In this document: piece by piece, positions 8,477-18,594 of the stretch | Numbering within the stretch: the stretch's first letter is position 1 | How the letters are laid out: each line of letters starts with the position of its first letter | Origin: Thermoplasmata archaeon | Lineage (GTDB): Archaea; Thermoplasmatota; Thermoplasmata; Halarchaeoplasmatales; Halarchaeoplasmataceae | Reading direction: 5' to 3' | DNA: 40,762 nt | NCBI GenBank assembly: GCA_046538435.1 | Contig: JBKHIX010000003.1 | Location: 1-40,762, forward strand | Translations under genes and position numbers: made by a program | Notes under the pieces: model-generated | The model's database searches: none | Told to the model about the DNA's origin: nothing | The model's input: the letters and a program-made list of their open reading frames with translations, nothing else

Positions 8477-10354
8477 ATGAGTAAAATATTAGGAATAGAT
8501 CTTGGAACGACAAATTCCGCGATGGCGGTAATGGAAGGTGGAGAGCCTACTATAATACCCAATGCAGAAGGAGAAAGGATTACTCCATCAATAGTAGCAT
8601 TCAAGAAAGACGGTGAAAGACTAGTTGGAGAAACAGCGAAAAGGCAGGCAGTTAAGAATCCTGATAGAACCATCACTTCTATCAAGAGGAAGATGGGTAC
8701 AGATCATAAAGTAAAGATCGATGATAAAGAGTATACACCAGAACAAATATCAGCCATGATCCTCCAGAAACTTAAAAGAGATGCTGAGGATTATCTGGGA
8801 GAAAAGATAGAGAAAGCAGTCATCACAGTACCTGCTTACTTCAACGAACCGCAGAGAGAGTCTACCAAGAATGCTGGTGAAATAGCAGGATTCGAAGTAG
8901 AGAGAGTGTTTAACGAACCTACAGCTTCCTCAATGGCTTATAAGATGGAAGAAAAAGAGAAGGCTGAGACCATCCTTGTTTACGATCTAGGGGGAGGTAC
9001 TTTCGACGTATCTATCCTAGAAGTTGGTGATGGGGTTTACGAAGTTTTAGCTACTTCAGGTAATACTCAATTAGGTGGAGATGATTGGACTGATAGAATA
9101 GTTGATTGGGTTGTTGATGAGTTCAAGAAGGATACTGGAATAAATATAAGAAATGATAGAGAAGCCTTACAGAGAGTTTTCGAGGCTTCAGAGAAAGCAA
9201 AGAAGGAACTGTCATCTAGACAGAAGACGGAGATAAACTTACCGTACTTAACAGCCAATCAAGACGGTCCAAAACATCTTGACGTAGAACTTACAAGGGC
9301 TAAATTCCAAAATATGACAAAGGATTTGGTAGAGAAAACAAAAGAACCAGTCAATATAGCCATGGATGATGCTGACCTAGATTCTAGTGATATAGATGAG
9401 ATAATATTAGTTGGTGGATCAACAAGATTACCAGCAGTTCAAGATTTCGTTAAGGATTACTTCAATAAAGATCCACATAAGAGGATAAACCCAGATGAAT
9501 GTGTGGCTATAGGTGCAGCAATACAGGCTGGTGTTATCTCTGGCGATGTAAAAGATGATATCGTACTATTAGACGTTACACCACTCTCATTAGGTGTAGA
9601 GACTTTGGGGGGTGTCATGACGACCATGCTCGAAAGAAATACTACGATACCAACGGAGGCCACTAAAACGTTCACGACTGCACAGGACAACCAGACAAAT
9701 GTAGAAATACACGTGGTTCAGGGAGAAAGAGCTATGGCTCAGGATAACCACAGTTTGGGAAGATTTAATCTAACGGGTATTCCACCAGCTCCAGCAGGTG
9801 TACCGAAGATAGAAGTAACCTTTGAAATGGATGAGAACGGCATCCTTAATGTGAAAGCACAAGATCTCGGATCGGATAAGAAGGAAAGTATTACAGTAGA
9901 GGCAACTGGTCAGCTCTCTGAAGATGAGATCGAGAGGATGAAGGAAGAAGCAGAGAAACATGCTGAGGAAGATGAAAAGAAGAAGGAAAGAATTCAGACA
10001 AAGAACGAAGCTCAACAGTTGGTATATTCAGCGGAGAACACATTAGAAGAGATGGGTGACCAGATAGACGAATCTACAAAAGAAGAGATACAGGGTAAAG
10101 TCGATGAACTAAAAGATGCCATCGAAGAGGATGATTACGAAAAGATAAAACAGAAGAAGGAAGAACTGTCAAAGAAGGTTCAGGAGATAGGTCAACAGAT
10201 GTATCAAGCACAACAGCAGGCAGGTCAGCAACAGGCTGCACAACAGCAGGCAGCACAACAGGCAGCTAGACAGCAGGCTCAAGCAGATGATTCGGATGAA
10301 GGAGAATATGTTGACGCGGATTACGAAGTTGTGGATGAGGACGAAGAAGAATAA
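8477..10354 (+). CDS. dnaK: Chaperone DnaK (Hsp70)
   Basis: [36 protein letters not shown]; lacks the ~23-aa N-domain insert (Gram-positive/archaeal type). Confidence 0.99.
   Translation: MSKILGIDLGTTNSAMAVMEGGEPTIIPNAEGERITPSIVAFKKDGERLVGETAKRQAVKNPDRTITSIKRKMGTDHKVKIDDKEYTPEQISAMILQKLKRDAEDYLGEKIEKAVITVPAYFNEPQRESTKNAGEIAGFEVERVFNEPTASSMAYKMEEKEKAETILVYDLGGGTFDVSILEVGDGVYEVLATSGNTQLGGDDWTDRIVDWVVDEFKKDTGINIRNDREALQRVFEASEKAKKELSSRQKTEINLPYLTANQDGPKHLDVELTRAKFQNMTKDLVEKTKEPVNIAMDDADLDSSDIDEIILVGGSTRLPAVQDFVKDYFNKDPHKRINPDECVAIGAAIQAGVISGDVKDDIVLLDVTPLSLGVETLGGVMTTMLERNTTIPTEATKTFTTAQDNQTNVEIHVVQGERAMAQDNHSLGRFNLTGIPPAPAGVPKIEVTFEMDENGILNVKAQDLGSDKKESITVEATGQLSEDEIERMKEEAEKHAEEDEKKKERIQTKNEAQQLVYSAENTLEEMGDQIDESTKEEIQGKVDELKDAIEEDDYEKIKQKKEELSKKVQEIGQQMYQAQQQAGQQQAAQQQAAQQAARQQAQADDSDEGEYVDADYEVVDEDEEE
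10194..10285 (+). repeat. Low-complexity CAG/CAA/GCA repeat encoding the Q/A-rich DnaK tail
   Basis: [31 protein letters not shown]. Confidence 0.8.
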
Positions 10355-10374
10355 AAACCCCTTTCTAAATTTAT

Positions 10375-10402
10375 AACATAACACAAAAAAATGTGTTATG
10401 TT
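10375..10402. promoter_or_regulatory. Perfect 11-bp inverted repeat between dnaK and dnaJ (terminator, stabiliser or operator)
   Basis: AACATAACACA-aaaaaa-TGTGTTATGTT, ending in TTTT and followed by TATA-like TTATATAT. Confidence 0.5.
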
Positions 10403-10446
10403 TTCCATTATATATTTAATATACCCCCTATTGTTGTGTGAAGAAC

Positions 10447-11604
10447 ATGGCTGAGGATTACTATGACGTTCTAGGAGTTAGCAAAGACGCCTCGAAGGAT
10501 GAGATCAAGAAGGCCTACAGAAAGAAGGCTAAAAAATATCATCCTGACAGGAATCCAGATAATGCAGGAGAGGCTAGAGAAAAATTTAAAAAGATCTCTG
10601 AGGCTTATGAAGTCCTAGCAGATGATGAAAAAAGACAGAGATATGACAGGTATGGTAAACAGGGAGTAGAGCAGGACTTCGGCAGTGGTGGATTCCAGTG
10701 GTCCGACTTCTCACACAGAGATGATGTGGAAGATCTATTTTCAGACCTATTTGGTGGACGAAGTAGAGGCGGTGGATTCGAGGATCTATTCAGCGAATTC
10801 TTCGGTGGTAGAAGAGCAAGCAGACGTCAAAAACAGCAGAGACGAGGCAGTAATCTGAAGATGACTTTAGAAGTTTCTCTAAAAGATATACGAGAGGGAA
10901 AAGAGAAGAGCTTTAAACTAAATAGACAGGCCCAGTGTGAAGAATGTGGTGGTAGTGGAAGTAAATCTGGTGGAACGAAGACATGTCCCAATTGCGGTGG
11001 CTCAGGAGAAGTCAAACAGGTGCAGAGAAGGGGGATACAGCAGTTGATAACGGTCAGCGAGTGTCCTCAGTGTAATGGTATGGGTCAGATAGTTGAAAAT
11101 CCTTGTTCAAAATGTGGAGGTTCTGGTGTTGTAAATAAGAGAGAACAGATATCTATCAAGGTACCGCCAGGGACTCAAGATGGTACAAGGCTTAGAGTAA
11201 GAGGTAAAGGAGATGCAGGTAAAAGAGGAGCACCTCCAGGAGATCTTTACATAATCTTAAGAATAAAGCCACACGACACATTCCAAAGATCTGGTAACAA
11301 TCTAATTATGGAAACTGAAGTTACCATGACAGAAGCATCTTTAGGCACTAAGATCAAGGTTCCTACACTAGAAGATAAAGTTGAAGTAAAAGTACCTGAA
11401 GGAACTCAGCCAGGAAACCAACTGAGATTATCAGGAAAGGGTCTTCCAAGACCCAATGGAAGAGGATATGGAGATCTTATCATAAAAATAAATGTAGTCA
11501 TACCAGAAAAGCTGAACAAAGATCAAAAGCAACTTTTAGAGGAATTTGCTGGTATAGAAAAAGAAAAAAATAAAAGCTGGTTTGACAAAATAAGAGGAAA
11601 ATAA
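10447..11604 (+). CDS. dnaJ: Chaperone DnaJ
   Basis: J-domain with HPD, G/F-rich region, four CxxCxGxG repeats. Confidence 0.99.
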   Translation: MAEDYYDVLGVSKDASKDEIKKAYRKKAKKYHPDRNPDNAGEAREKFKKISEAYEVLADDEKRQRYDRYGKQGVEQDFGSGGFQWSDFSHRDDVEDLFSDLFGGRSRGGGFEDLFSEFFGGRRASRRQKQQRRGSNLKMTLEVSLKDIREGKEKSFKLNRQAQCEECGGSGSKSGGTKTCPNCGGSGEVKQVQRRGIQQLITVSECPQCNGMGQIVENPCSKCGGSGVVNKREQISIKVPPGTQDGTRLRVRGKGDAGKRGAPPGDLYIILRIKPHDTFQRSGNNLIMETEVTMTEASLGTKIKVPTLEDKVEVKVPEGTQPGNQLRLSGKGLPRPNGRGYGDLIIKINVVIPEKLNKDQKQLLEEFAGIEKEKNKSWFDKIRGK

Positions 11605-11606
11605 GT

Positions 11607-12032
11607 TTAAAGGAGTTCGACTTCTTTCAAATCCTTACCTCCTAGACAATCTATCTTTTTACCCACTTTTTCTATATTGTACTTTGTGCCGAATTCGATT
11701 CCAGGAGGATAGCATAGCTTGTAATTCTCACATTCTATATTGTTGCATCCCTTGTCTTCTAAAGTGATTACAGATCCTTCTATAACAGATCTGCCAGAAG
11801 CTGTTGTTTTTACAGGTATTTTTTCAACCTCTACTACTTTTACATCTTCATGGTGGACTTTACAATTATGCTCCTTATCTCTTACACCCGTTATCCTGTA
11901 CCATCTGTTCTTATCCAAACCACAGCATGAATTTTTTAGTTCACAGCTTTGACACCTTGATAAACATCCTCCAAATCTAAATTCAAGTCCCTTCTTTGCA
12001 AGTTTTTTTCCGATTAACGTTACTGATGTCAT
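11607..12032 (-). CDS. UPF0179 family protein (archaeal, Cys-rich)
   Basis: VTLIGKKLAKKGLEF, CxxC...C, C..H and C...C...C patterns typical of UPF0179. Confidence 0.85.
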   Translation of the reverse strand: MTSVTLIGKKLAKKGLEFRFGGCLSRCQSCELKNSCCGLDKNRWYRITGVRDKEHNCKVHHEDVKVVEVEKIPVKTTASGRSVIEGSVITLEDKGCNNIECENYKLCYPPGIEFGTKYNIEKVGKKIDCLGGKDLKEVELL

Positions 12033-12050
12033 TTTATTTCACCTTTTTAT

Positions 12051-13145
12051 TTATATTACTCCAGTTTCTCTAGCAGCTTCCTCTGCTGCATCTCTATTCA
12101 TCTTTCTACTCCCTAGAATGGTATATCTCTCAGGTCTTATCTCAGGAGCGTGAACTATTGCGTTCACGACCTCATCTTCTGATAATTCTAACCCCCTCGC
12201 TGTTGTTGGAGCTCCAACAGCTTGAAGTGTGTTCTTTATCTTTTTCCAATCTCCTCCATGAAGATACATCATTATTATAGTTCCTACCCCACACTGCTCA
12301 CCGTGGAGAGCAGGTTTATCGACTAATCTATCCAAAGCATGGCTGAATTTGTGTTCACTACCGCTCGCAGGTCTTGATGTACCTGCAATACTCATAGCAA
12401 CGCTTGAGCTGACCAGTGCTTTAACTACCAACCATGCACTCTCCTGGAGGCCTGGCTTTATATTATCTGTATTTTTAATAAGTAATTCTGCTGTTAACTC
12501 AGAAAGATTTGCAGCATAACTGGAATACGGTTCTGCTCTTAATCTTTTTGCTAACTTCCAGTCAAGTACTGCTGTTGAATTTGATATTATATCACCACAT
12601 CCAGCAGCTGTAAGTCTAGGAGGGCTATTAGCAATGATATCTGTATCTGCTAATACAGCTAACGGTGTTTGAGCAGGAACTGATATCTTGTCCCCATCTC
12701 TTTCTATAGAAGCCCTTCCAGAAGCTATCCCGTCATGAGAAGAAGCAGTTGGGACGCTTAGAAACGGAATATCCAATAATTGTGATGCATATTTAGCTAC
12801 ATCAATAGATCTTCCTCCCCCAACACCTAAAAAGAAATCAAATTCGGTTTTTGTATTCTCAACAACATCATCGATCGTATCTTGATTAGCCTCTTTTATC
12901 TCTTTTATTTCTATACTGTAATCCATTTCTTCTAATATCTCTTTAACCCTGTTCCCAGCAATTTTTTTAGTAGTTTGGTCACAAACGATAAGAGCATTTC
13001 TATTGAGTTTGAGTTCGTCACAGATCTCCCCTATTTTTTCTAAAGCTTCGTTTCCAATAACTACATTACGGGGAAGCTGCATATTTTTAAATTTATCGAA
13101 TATCTCTTTTTTTTGACCAACATTTACGTTATTATCTGAATCCAT
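12051..13145 (-). CDS. egsA: sn-glycerol-1-phosphate dehydrogenase
   Basis: GGGRSIDVAK, PTASSHDGIAS, SRPASGSEHKFSHALD, LHGEQCG, RPERYTIL. Confidence 0.97.
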   Translation of the reverse strand: MDSDNNVNVGQKKEIFDKFKNMQLPRNVVIGNEALEKIGEICDELKLNRNALIVCDQTTKKIAGNRVKEILEEMDYSIEIKEIKEANQDTIDDVVENTKTEFDFFLGVGGGRSIDVAKYASQLLDIPFLSVPTASSHDGIASGRASIERDGDKISVPAQTPLAVLADTDIIANSPPRLTAAGCGDIISNSTAVLDWKLAKRLRAEPYSSYAANLSELTAELLIKNTDNIKPGLQESAWLVVKALVSSSVAMSIAGTSRPASGSEHKFSHALDRLVDKPALHGEQCGVGTIIMMYLHGGDWKKIKNTLQAVGAPTTARGLELSEDEVVNAIVHAPEIRPERYTILGSRKMNRDAAEEAARETGVI

Positions 13146-13271
13146 GGTTTACCCGTTTTATAAAGAAAAAATTTTGTCCAATATATTACTTTCCCTCTTT
13201 TAGACTGTTTATTCAAAGATACGAAGTTTCTACTTATTTTTATAAAGGAATGCATCATTCTAAGGCTAATA

Positions 13272-14054
13272 TTATTCTGAAAGTTCTTTATCTATCAGCT
13301 CTGCTACTTTTTTACCTGATAGGAGCATTCCGCCAAATATTGGCCCCATCCTTGGTGCCCCCATCACAGCATTAGCACACATACCAGTAGTATATAATCC
13401 TGGGAACACTTCCTGGGTATTCTCTACCACTGTTTTTTCACCAATCTCTGCCCACATGGACTTTTCCCCAATAACAAAACCTTCTTCAGTTTTCAATTCT
13501 CCAGCTTTCCTTTCCACAACATGACAGACTTCAGCGTCATGGCCTGTAGCATCTATTGTGGCAGAAGCTCTGACTGTTATAGGGTCTACGTGAAGACCTG
13601 CTACATCTATCGGTGATGAATTAAGTACGAAACCATTCACCCTTCCTTGTTCGTAGAGTACATCTTCGACCGTCATAAGATTGAATACCCTAGCTCCTGC
13701 ATCTATAGCTGAAGATAATAATTTAGATACTGACTCTATAGAATCAGCCGTATAATATCCATCCTTTTCCTCTCTTGATTTTACTCCCACTTTTTCTAAC
13801 TCTTCTACGGATTCGTCCTGGACTACTAGTACGGGATAACCCATTCCTCCTCCCCACATTCCTCCACCAGGAGATAATTTTCTCTCGAATACCGCAACAT
13901 CGTGGCCTTTTTCAGCAAGATATCTTGCAGCTACTAATCCCGCAGGACCAGCTCCTGCTATAGCTACATCACTTTCGATCTTCTCAGAAAACTCTTCAAA
14001 ATACCTATCTACAATACAGCGCGTGACTTTGATATCATCGATCATAATTTCCAC
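13272..14054 (-). CDS. thi4: Sulfide-dependent thiazole synthase Thi4 (non-Cys type)
   Basis: GAGPAG, GGGMWGGG, GLHVDP, DATGHD, PRMGPIFGGMLLSG; GTG start. Confidence 0.95.
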   Translation of the reverse strand: MEIMIDDIKVTRCIVDRYFEEFSEKIESDVAIAGAGPAGLVAARYLAEKGHDVAVFERKLSPGGGMWGGGMGYPVLVVQDESVEELEKVGVKSREEKDGYYTADSIESVSKLLSSAIDAGARVFNLMTVEDVLYEQGRVNGFVLNSSPIDVAGLHVDPITVRASATIDATGHDAEVCHVVERKAGELKTEEGFVIGEKSMWAEIGEKTVVENTQEVFPGLYTTGMCANAVMGAPRMGPIFGGMLLSGKKVAELIDKELSE

Positions 14055-14177
14055 AATGAAACAACAAAAGTAAGAGGTATTTATAAGTTATAGGTGGCTG
14101 TACTACTTTCATAGATTGACGATTTTGCTCAAATCATCATGAGATGTGTTAATATAATATTCTTCTGATCTCACTAT

Positions 14178-14648
14178 TCAACTCTCTACCAGCGGATTAC
14201 TCTTTTCTTTTATTTTTTCATCTTTTATACCATATAGATAGTATTCAAGTATGAAATAACCTGCTTTGACACCCATCAATATCATTAGTAGCATTAGTAT
14301 TCCTGGTATGGATATCTCTGCTGTCATTTGTTCAATCTCAACAGTCAGGTCCAATCCTGTAATAAATGTGTATATGTATACCGCTAAACCAACTGTCTTG
14401 GCTATTCCTAAGATCATTCGATATATCTCACCTTTATTTAAATAGGCAGTTACCGCTCCTAATATTGACACTAATGTGCCAAATATTAAGATATTCATAG
14501 TTACTCCATCAAAGATGTATGCATATCCAGGGTATGCACTCGTTATCATCGATATGGATATTAGAGCAACTACAACTAATAGGATAAAATATACAATCCC
14601 AATAATCACTGCTTTAATAGGGTGTCTTTCGTGTTGTTCACTGTTCAT
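14178..14648 (-). CDS. Hypothetical 4-TM membrane protein
   Basis: Four hydrophobic segments; ATG 14648 after GAGGTG, overlapping the stop of the upstream gene. Confidence 0.75.
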   Translation of the reverse strand: MNSEQHERHPIKAVIIGIVYFILLVVVALISISMITSAYPGYAYIFDGVTMNILIFGTLVSILGAVTAYLNKGEIYRMILGIAKTVGLAVYIYTFITGLDLTVEIEQMTAEISIPGILMLLMILMGVKAGYFILEYYLYGIKDEKIKEKSNPLVES

Positions 14649-16110
14649 AAACATCCACCTCCTCTTCATATTCGTAACCACTGGTATTATCTGTAATTGT
14701 TACCACAGCATAGTCCGGCACTCCTGAAAGTGTAGCTGATAAAGTGTCATCGATACTCTCTCCAGATTGTACAAGGTATGATTCTTGAGTTTCACCTACT
14801 AAAGTTCCTGCAGAATTAAAAATATCGACGTCGAGTGTTAAATCTAGTTCATATGGGCTATCATTTCCGAAAGCAATATCAGCAAAGGCTTCATTTCCAG
14901 AATATCTTATGCTGCTAATTTCTAAGCCATCTAATGGTGCGCCCCAATTGTATGTTTCATCACCATAATTTAATGTGTAATCATATTCCTCTATTGTGAT
15001 TGTACTTTTGAAAAATAGAGTCTGGGAATTCGTAGCCAATTCTTTAGCATCATCATCTGATAAACCAAAATTTAATTCAGCCGATTGGTCTATACCTAAA
15101 GTAATCCTCACATCGGTACCAGAAAATCTATACTCACTTTCATCATACATTCCTACATCTACTATAATATCTCCATATATGAAATCGTTTTCATTAGTAG
15201 AAATATCCATAGGTACAGTGAGTTCTGGATTACCTAAACCGTCTGTGGTTATTTCTGCGTCGTTATAATGGATAGTATAACTGTTAAGGATCCTTTGCCA
15301 AGTGTGTACTTCCCTTACAGTATGACTGAAACCGGTATTTTCTAAATCTATATCAGAGATGAACACAATCTCTTGAGTAGTGTTTACGAACTCATTGACC
15401 TCATTCCGTTCGAGGTCGAATGTAAATAGTAGAGTTTCAGGTGTTCCTAAATCGAATTCTTCCTGTGCTGTATCATATAATTTTGTCTCATCCTCATTAT
15501 ACATAGATATATCTATGTTTATATTCCCTTCTAACATATCGTTAGTATCTACGTCTACGGGTACCTCAAACCTCAACCCATCTTCATGTTCTTCAAACGT
15601 ACCATCTTCATATCTAAAGTTGATATCGTTTATCAATCCATCCCATTCCAGTATATCTTCAAATTGGATGTCGAATTTTAAAAATGAGTACGAGTAACCA
15701 CCTTTAAGCTTAATATTTATATTAACATCGGTTTGATTATTGATAAGATGATCTTTAACCTCATCTGAAATTTCATCAGTATCTTTAGAAAAATCTAACT
15801 TAATATTTTTATCCTCACCAACAGCTATATTTCCAACATTTTTGGTAGAATTAATGTACAATTCATCTAAAGTTGATAGATGCATATCAAGTTTGATATC
15901 TTTTAGATCAAAATAGCCAGAATTATTTATCCATATATTACCAGAGGCGCTGATAGTATCGTTATCTATATCCCAATCCATACTTTCCTGCTGTGGCTCA
16001 ACTGTGATATCCTGTGAGGCTACAGGTATAACACACAATACAGATATGACTAGTATAATAATAGCAAAAATTGCTAAAACTATTCTGTAAGAGATCAAAG
16101 GCCATCTCAT
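14638..16110 (-). CDS. Membrane-anchored acidic protein with ~4 tandem beta-rich domains
   Basis: N-terminal TM/signal (MRWPLISYRIVLAIFAIIILVISVLCVIP); internal ~115-aa repeats ending EW/TW/NW. Confidence 0.8.
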   Translation of the reverse strand: MRWPLISYRIVLAIFAIIILVISVLCVIPVASQDITVEPQQESMDWDIDNDTISASGNIWINNSGYFDLKDIKLDMHLSTLDELYINSTKNVGNIAVGEDKNIKLDFSKDTDEISDEVKDHLINNQTDVNINIKLKGGYSYSFLKFDIQFEDILEWDGLINDINFRYEDGTFEEHEDGLRFEVPVDVDTNDMLEGNINIDISMYNEDETKLYDTAQEEFDLGTPETLLFTFDLERNEVNEFVNTTQEIVFISDIDLENTGFSHTVREVHTWQRILNSYTIHYNDAEITTDGLGNPELTVPMDISTNENDFIYGDIIVDVGMYDESEYRFSGTDVRITLGIDQSAELNFGLSDDDAKELATNSQTLFFKSTITIEEYDYTLNYGDETYNWGAPLDGLEISSIRYSGNEAFADIAFGNDSPYELDLTLDVDIFNSAGTLVGETQESYLVQSGESIDDTLSATLSGVPDYAVVTITDNTSGYEYEEEVDVYEQ

Positions 16111-16194
16111 ATACAAAAATAACAAAAGCGCATTAAATAAAAGTTTCTCATCCAATCCAACACTTTTTATATCAGATATCACAACTCACTATCG

Positions 16195-17115
16195 ATGGAA
16201 TGCAGTCGATGTAATCAACCAGCAATAACCTATATAAGATACAGTGGAGAACACTTATGTAAAGAACATTTTAAGAATTTCTTTGAGACAAGAGTTTTTA
16301 AAGAATTCAGAAAACAGGTAGATATTGGTAGAGGTAAGAAAGTAGCCGTTGCCGTATCGGGTGGAAAAGACAGTATTGTGGCTTTAAGAATAATTCATAA
16401 AATACTTGGTGAAAGAAGAGACAGTGAGATATATGGTATAACTATAGATGAAGGTATTGAAGGTTACCGACCTAAGAGTCTTAAGATTGCTGAAGATGAA
16501 TACGAAAAATTGGGTATAGAATACGATATAGTATCGTTTAAAGATAGATTCGATCTTCCTTTAGATAAGATTTTAGAACAGAATATAGGGATGCCCTGTT
16601 CTGTTTGTGGGGTACTCAGAAGATGGATTATGAACAAGATGGCTAAAGAAGCTGGTGCTGATTTTCTAGCTACAGGTTTGAATCTAGATGACACATCACA
16701 ATCTATTTTGATGAATTTCTGCAGAGCTGATATAGAAAAGTTAGCAAGGTTAGGTCCTCACAAAAAAGTGAAAGAAGGATTGGTTCCCAGGATAGCACCT
16801 TTGAGGAATACACCCGAAAAAGAATCCTATCTATACGCAATGGTATCTGATATGGAGATACACGAGCAGGAATGTCCTTATTCTGACGAAGCCCTTCGAG
16901 GACTATACAGAGATATAATTGGACAGCTCGAAGATAATACACCTGGTGCTCGTTTTGCGATTCTTAGTTCTTATGATAAATTAGAGGATATGTTGAGAAA
17001 GGAATTTAGTGGTGATGGTGAATTGCAGGAATGTGTATCCTGCGGTGAACCTACTATTAATGAAAAATGTAAGACATGTAAATTGGTCGATAAATTAGTT
17101 GTAGAAAGAGGCTGA
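16195..17115 (+). CDS. tRNA 2-thiolation enzyme, TtuA/NcsA (TIGR00269 family)
   Basis: N-terminal CxxC..C..H Zn finger, SGGKDS PP-loop, CSVCGVLRR, ECPY, C-terminal CxxC..CxxC. Confidence 0.9.
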   Translation: MECSRCNQPAITYIRYSGEHLCKEHFKNFFETRVFKEFRKQVDIGRGKKVAVAVSGGKDSIVALRIIHKILGERRDSEIYGITIDEGIEGYRPKSLKIAEDEYEKLGIEYDIVSFKDRFDLPLDKILEQNIGMPCSVCGVLRRWIMNKMAKEAGADFLATGLNLDDTSQSILMNFCRADIEKLARLGPHKKVKEGLVPRIAPLRNTPEKESYLYAMVSDMEIHEQECPYSDEALRGLYRDIIGQLEDNTPGARFAILSSYDKLEDMLRKEFSGDGELQECVSCGEPTINEKCKTCKLVDKLVVERG

Positions 17116-17119
17116 TATT

Positions 17120-17749
17120 GTGGAAAATGGAAATGTTATTTTCGACCTAGATGGGACACTTTATGATACTGAAAAAGTGAGTATAGAGGCACTTCAAACA
17201 GCACTCTTAAAATTCGGAATAGATGATGTTACTAACGATGAAATAAGAGGACAATTCGGGGAAGTTACGGATACTATCGTAAGGAATCTTGTTCCTGATA
17301 TGGGGGAAAAATTCTATATGGGCCTGAAAGAAGAGATAAAATTTCAGGAAGAAAGATTGATTCCTAAAAAAGGTGAACTATACGATGGAATCAGAGATAT
17401 ACTTGAAGATCTATACAGTAATGGTTACAATCTTTCCATATGCTCGAATGGAAGGGTGAAGTATATCAATATCGTTCTTGAGACGACAGGTATAGTGGAT
17501 TATTTCACTCATATAAAAGGTAATAAACCGGGAAAGAGTAAGACCGATCAACTCAGATCGTTGTTAGAAGCGTTGGATAGTAAGAACGCTGTGATGGTTG
17601 GTGATAGATATCACGATATTGAAGCAGCTAAAGAGGTTGGGATACCAAGCATCGGTGCTGCTTATGGCTTTGGTAGAGAAGAGGTTGAATCCGCAGATTT
17701 TATAGCAACAGAACCTCTAGAAATTTATAAAATAGTAAAAAAAGTATAA
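17120..17749 (+). CDS. HAD-family hydrolase (phosphoglycolate phosphatase/5'-nucleotidase-like)
   Basis: FDLDGTL, CSNG, MVGDRYHDIEAA. Confidence 0.9.
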   Translation: MENGNVIFDLDGTLYDTEKVSIEALQTALLKFGIDDVTNDEIRGQFGEVTDTIVRNLVPDMGEKFYMGLKEEIKFQEERLIPKKGELYDGIRDILEDLYSNGYNLSICSNGRVKYINIVLETTGIVDYFTHIKGNKPGKSKTDQLRSLLEALDSKNAVMVGDRYHDIEAAKEVGIPSIGAAYGFGREEVESADFIATEPLEIYKIVKKV

Positions 17750-17854
17750 TTGACATTATAAACCAAAATTATTCAAAATTATTTTAACTTTATTTTTGAT
17801 ATCCTTCTTGATTTAGATGTATAAACATCCTTTTAAAATAGATGAGAAACAATT

Positions 17855-18593
17855 ATGGCAAGAGGAGGTTTATTGATTTTGACTCCTGCAAATACTAAAG
17901 AAAGGATTAGGACCTATATATCCAACCTAGACGACCAAATGAATGGTGGTATACCAAAAGGTCATGTAGTTCTCTTATCAGGTAACCCAGGGACCTATAA
18001 ATCTTCCCTAGCCTACAATATATTATATCATAATGCTACCAAGAAAGGAAAGAAGGGACTTTACATATCATTCCATCAGAGAGCAGAGAAAGTTTAAAAG
18101 ATCAATTTAAGAGCTTGAATATGCCGTACGATGAAGTTGAACATCAAATAACGATAGTCGATGTTAGTTATTTGAGAGATACTATTGATACCTCTCCAGA
18201 TAACTAGATAGAAGTTTTCAAAAGATACGTTGAAAATATAAGAGCTACAACTGATTATGAACTGCTGGTAGTCGATTCTTTAACAACTTTAGAGATGATA
18301 TCTCAGATGGAAAACAGGAGAGAAGAGTTATTTCACATATTTGAGTGGCTTAGAGGCTTCGGTGGATTAACTTCCCTGATGCTGGTAGAAAGAACCAGGA
18401 CTGAGAAATCTCTGCATGAGGAAGAATTTCTCGCTGACGGTACAATTATTCTAAGTAAAGAAAGATTGGAAAAGTAGAAACCAGGCGATATCTAGCTATA
18501 GACAAGATGAGAGCTACTGATCATAATACATCCTACTTCACACTTTTATTTGATGGTGAGCAGTTCCAGGTCACCAGGGTCCTATCTGAATGA
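17855..18593 (+). pseudogene. KaiC/RAD55-family ATPase pseudogene
   Basis: GGIPKGHVVLLSGNPGTYKSS...LVVDSL...EEFLADGTI...IDKMRATDH. Extra AG at ~18080, TAG at 18205-18207, 1-nt deletion at ~18466. Confidence 0.9.
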
Positions 18594-18594
18594 T

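Noticed and set aside
14055-14177. TPP riboswitch upstream of thi4
   Set aside because: No conserved TPP aptamer core is visible, and a TATA-like box ~25-30 nt from the start implies an almost leaderless mRNA.
5661-18207. Pyrrolysine/amber read-through at the in-frame TAGs in the ADH (5661) and KaiC-like (18205) genes
   Set aside because: Both genes also carry frameshifts, both TAGs are single transitions from plausible CAG/TGG codons, and TAG is the ordinary stop of rps12 and rps7 in this window.
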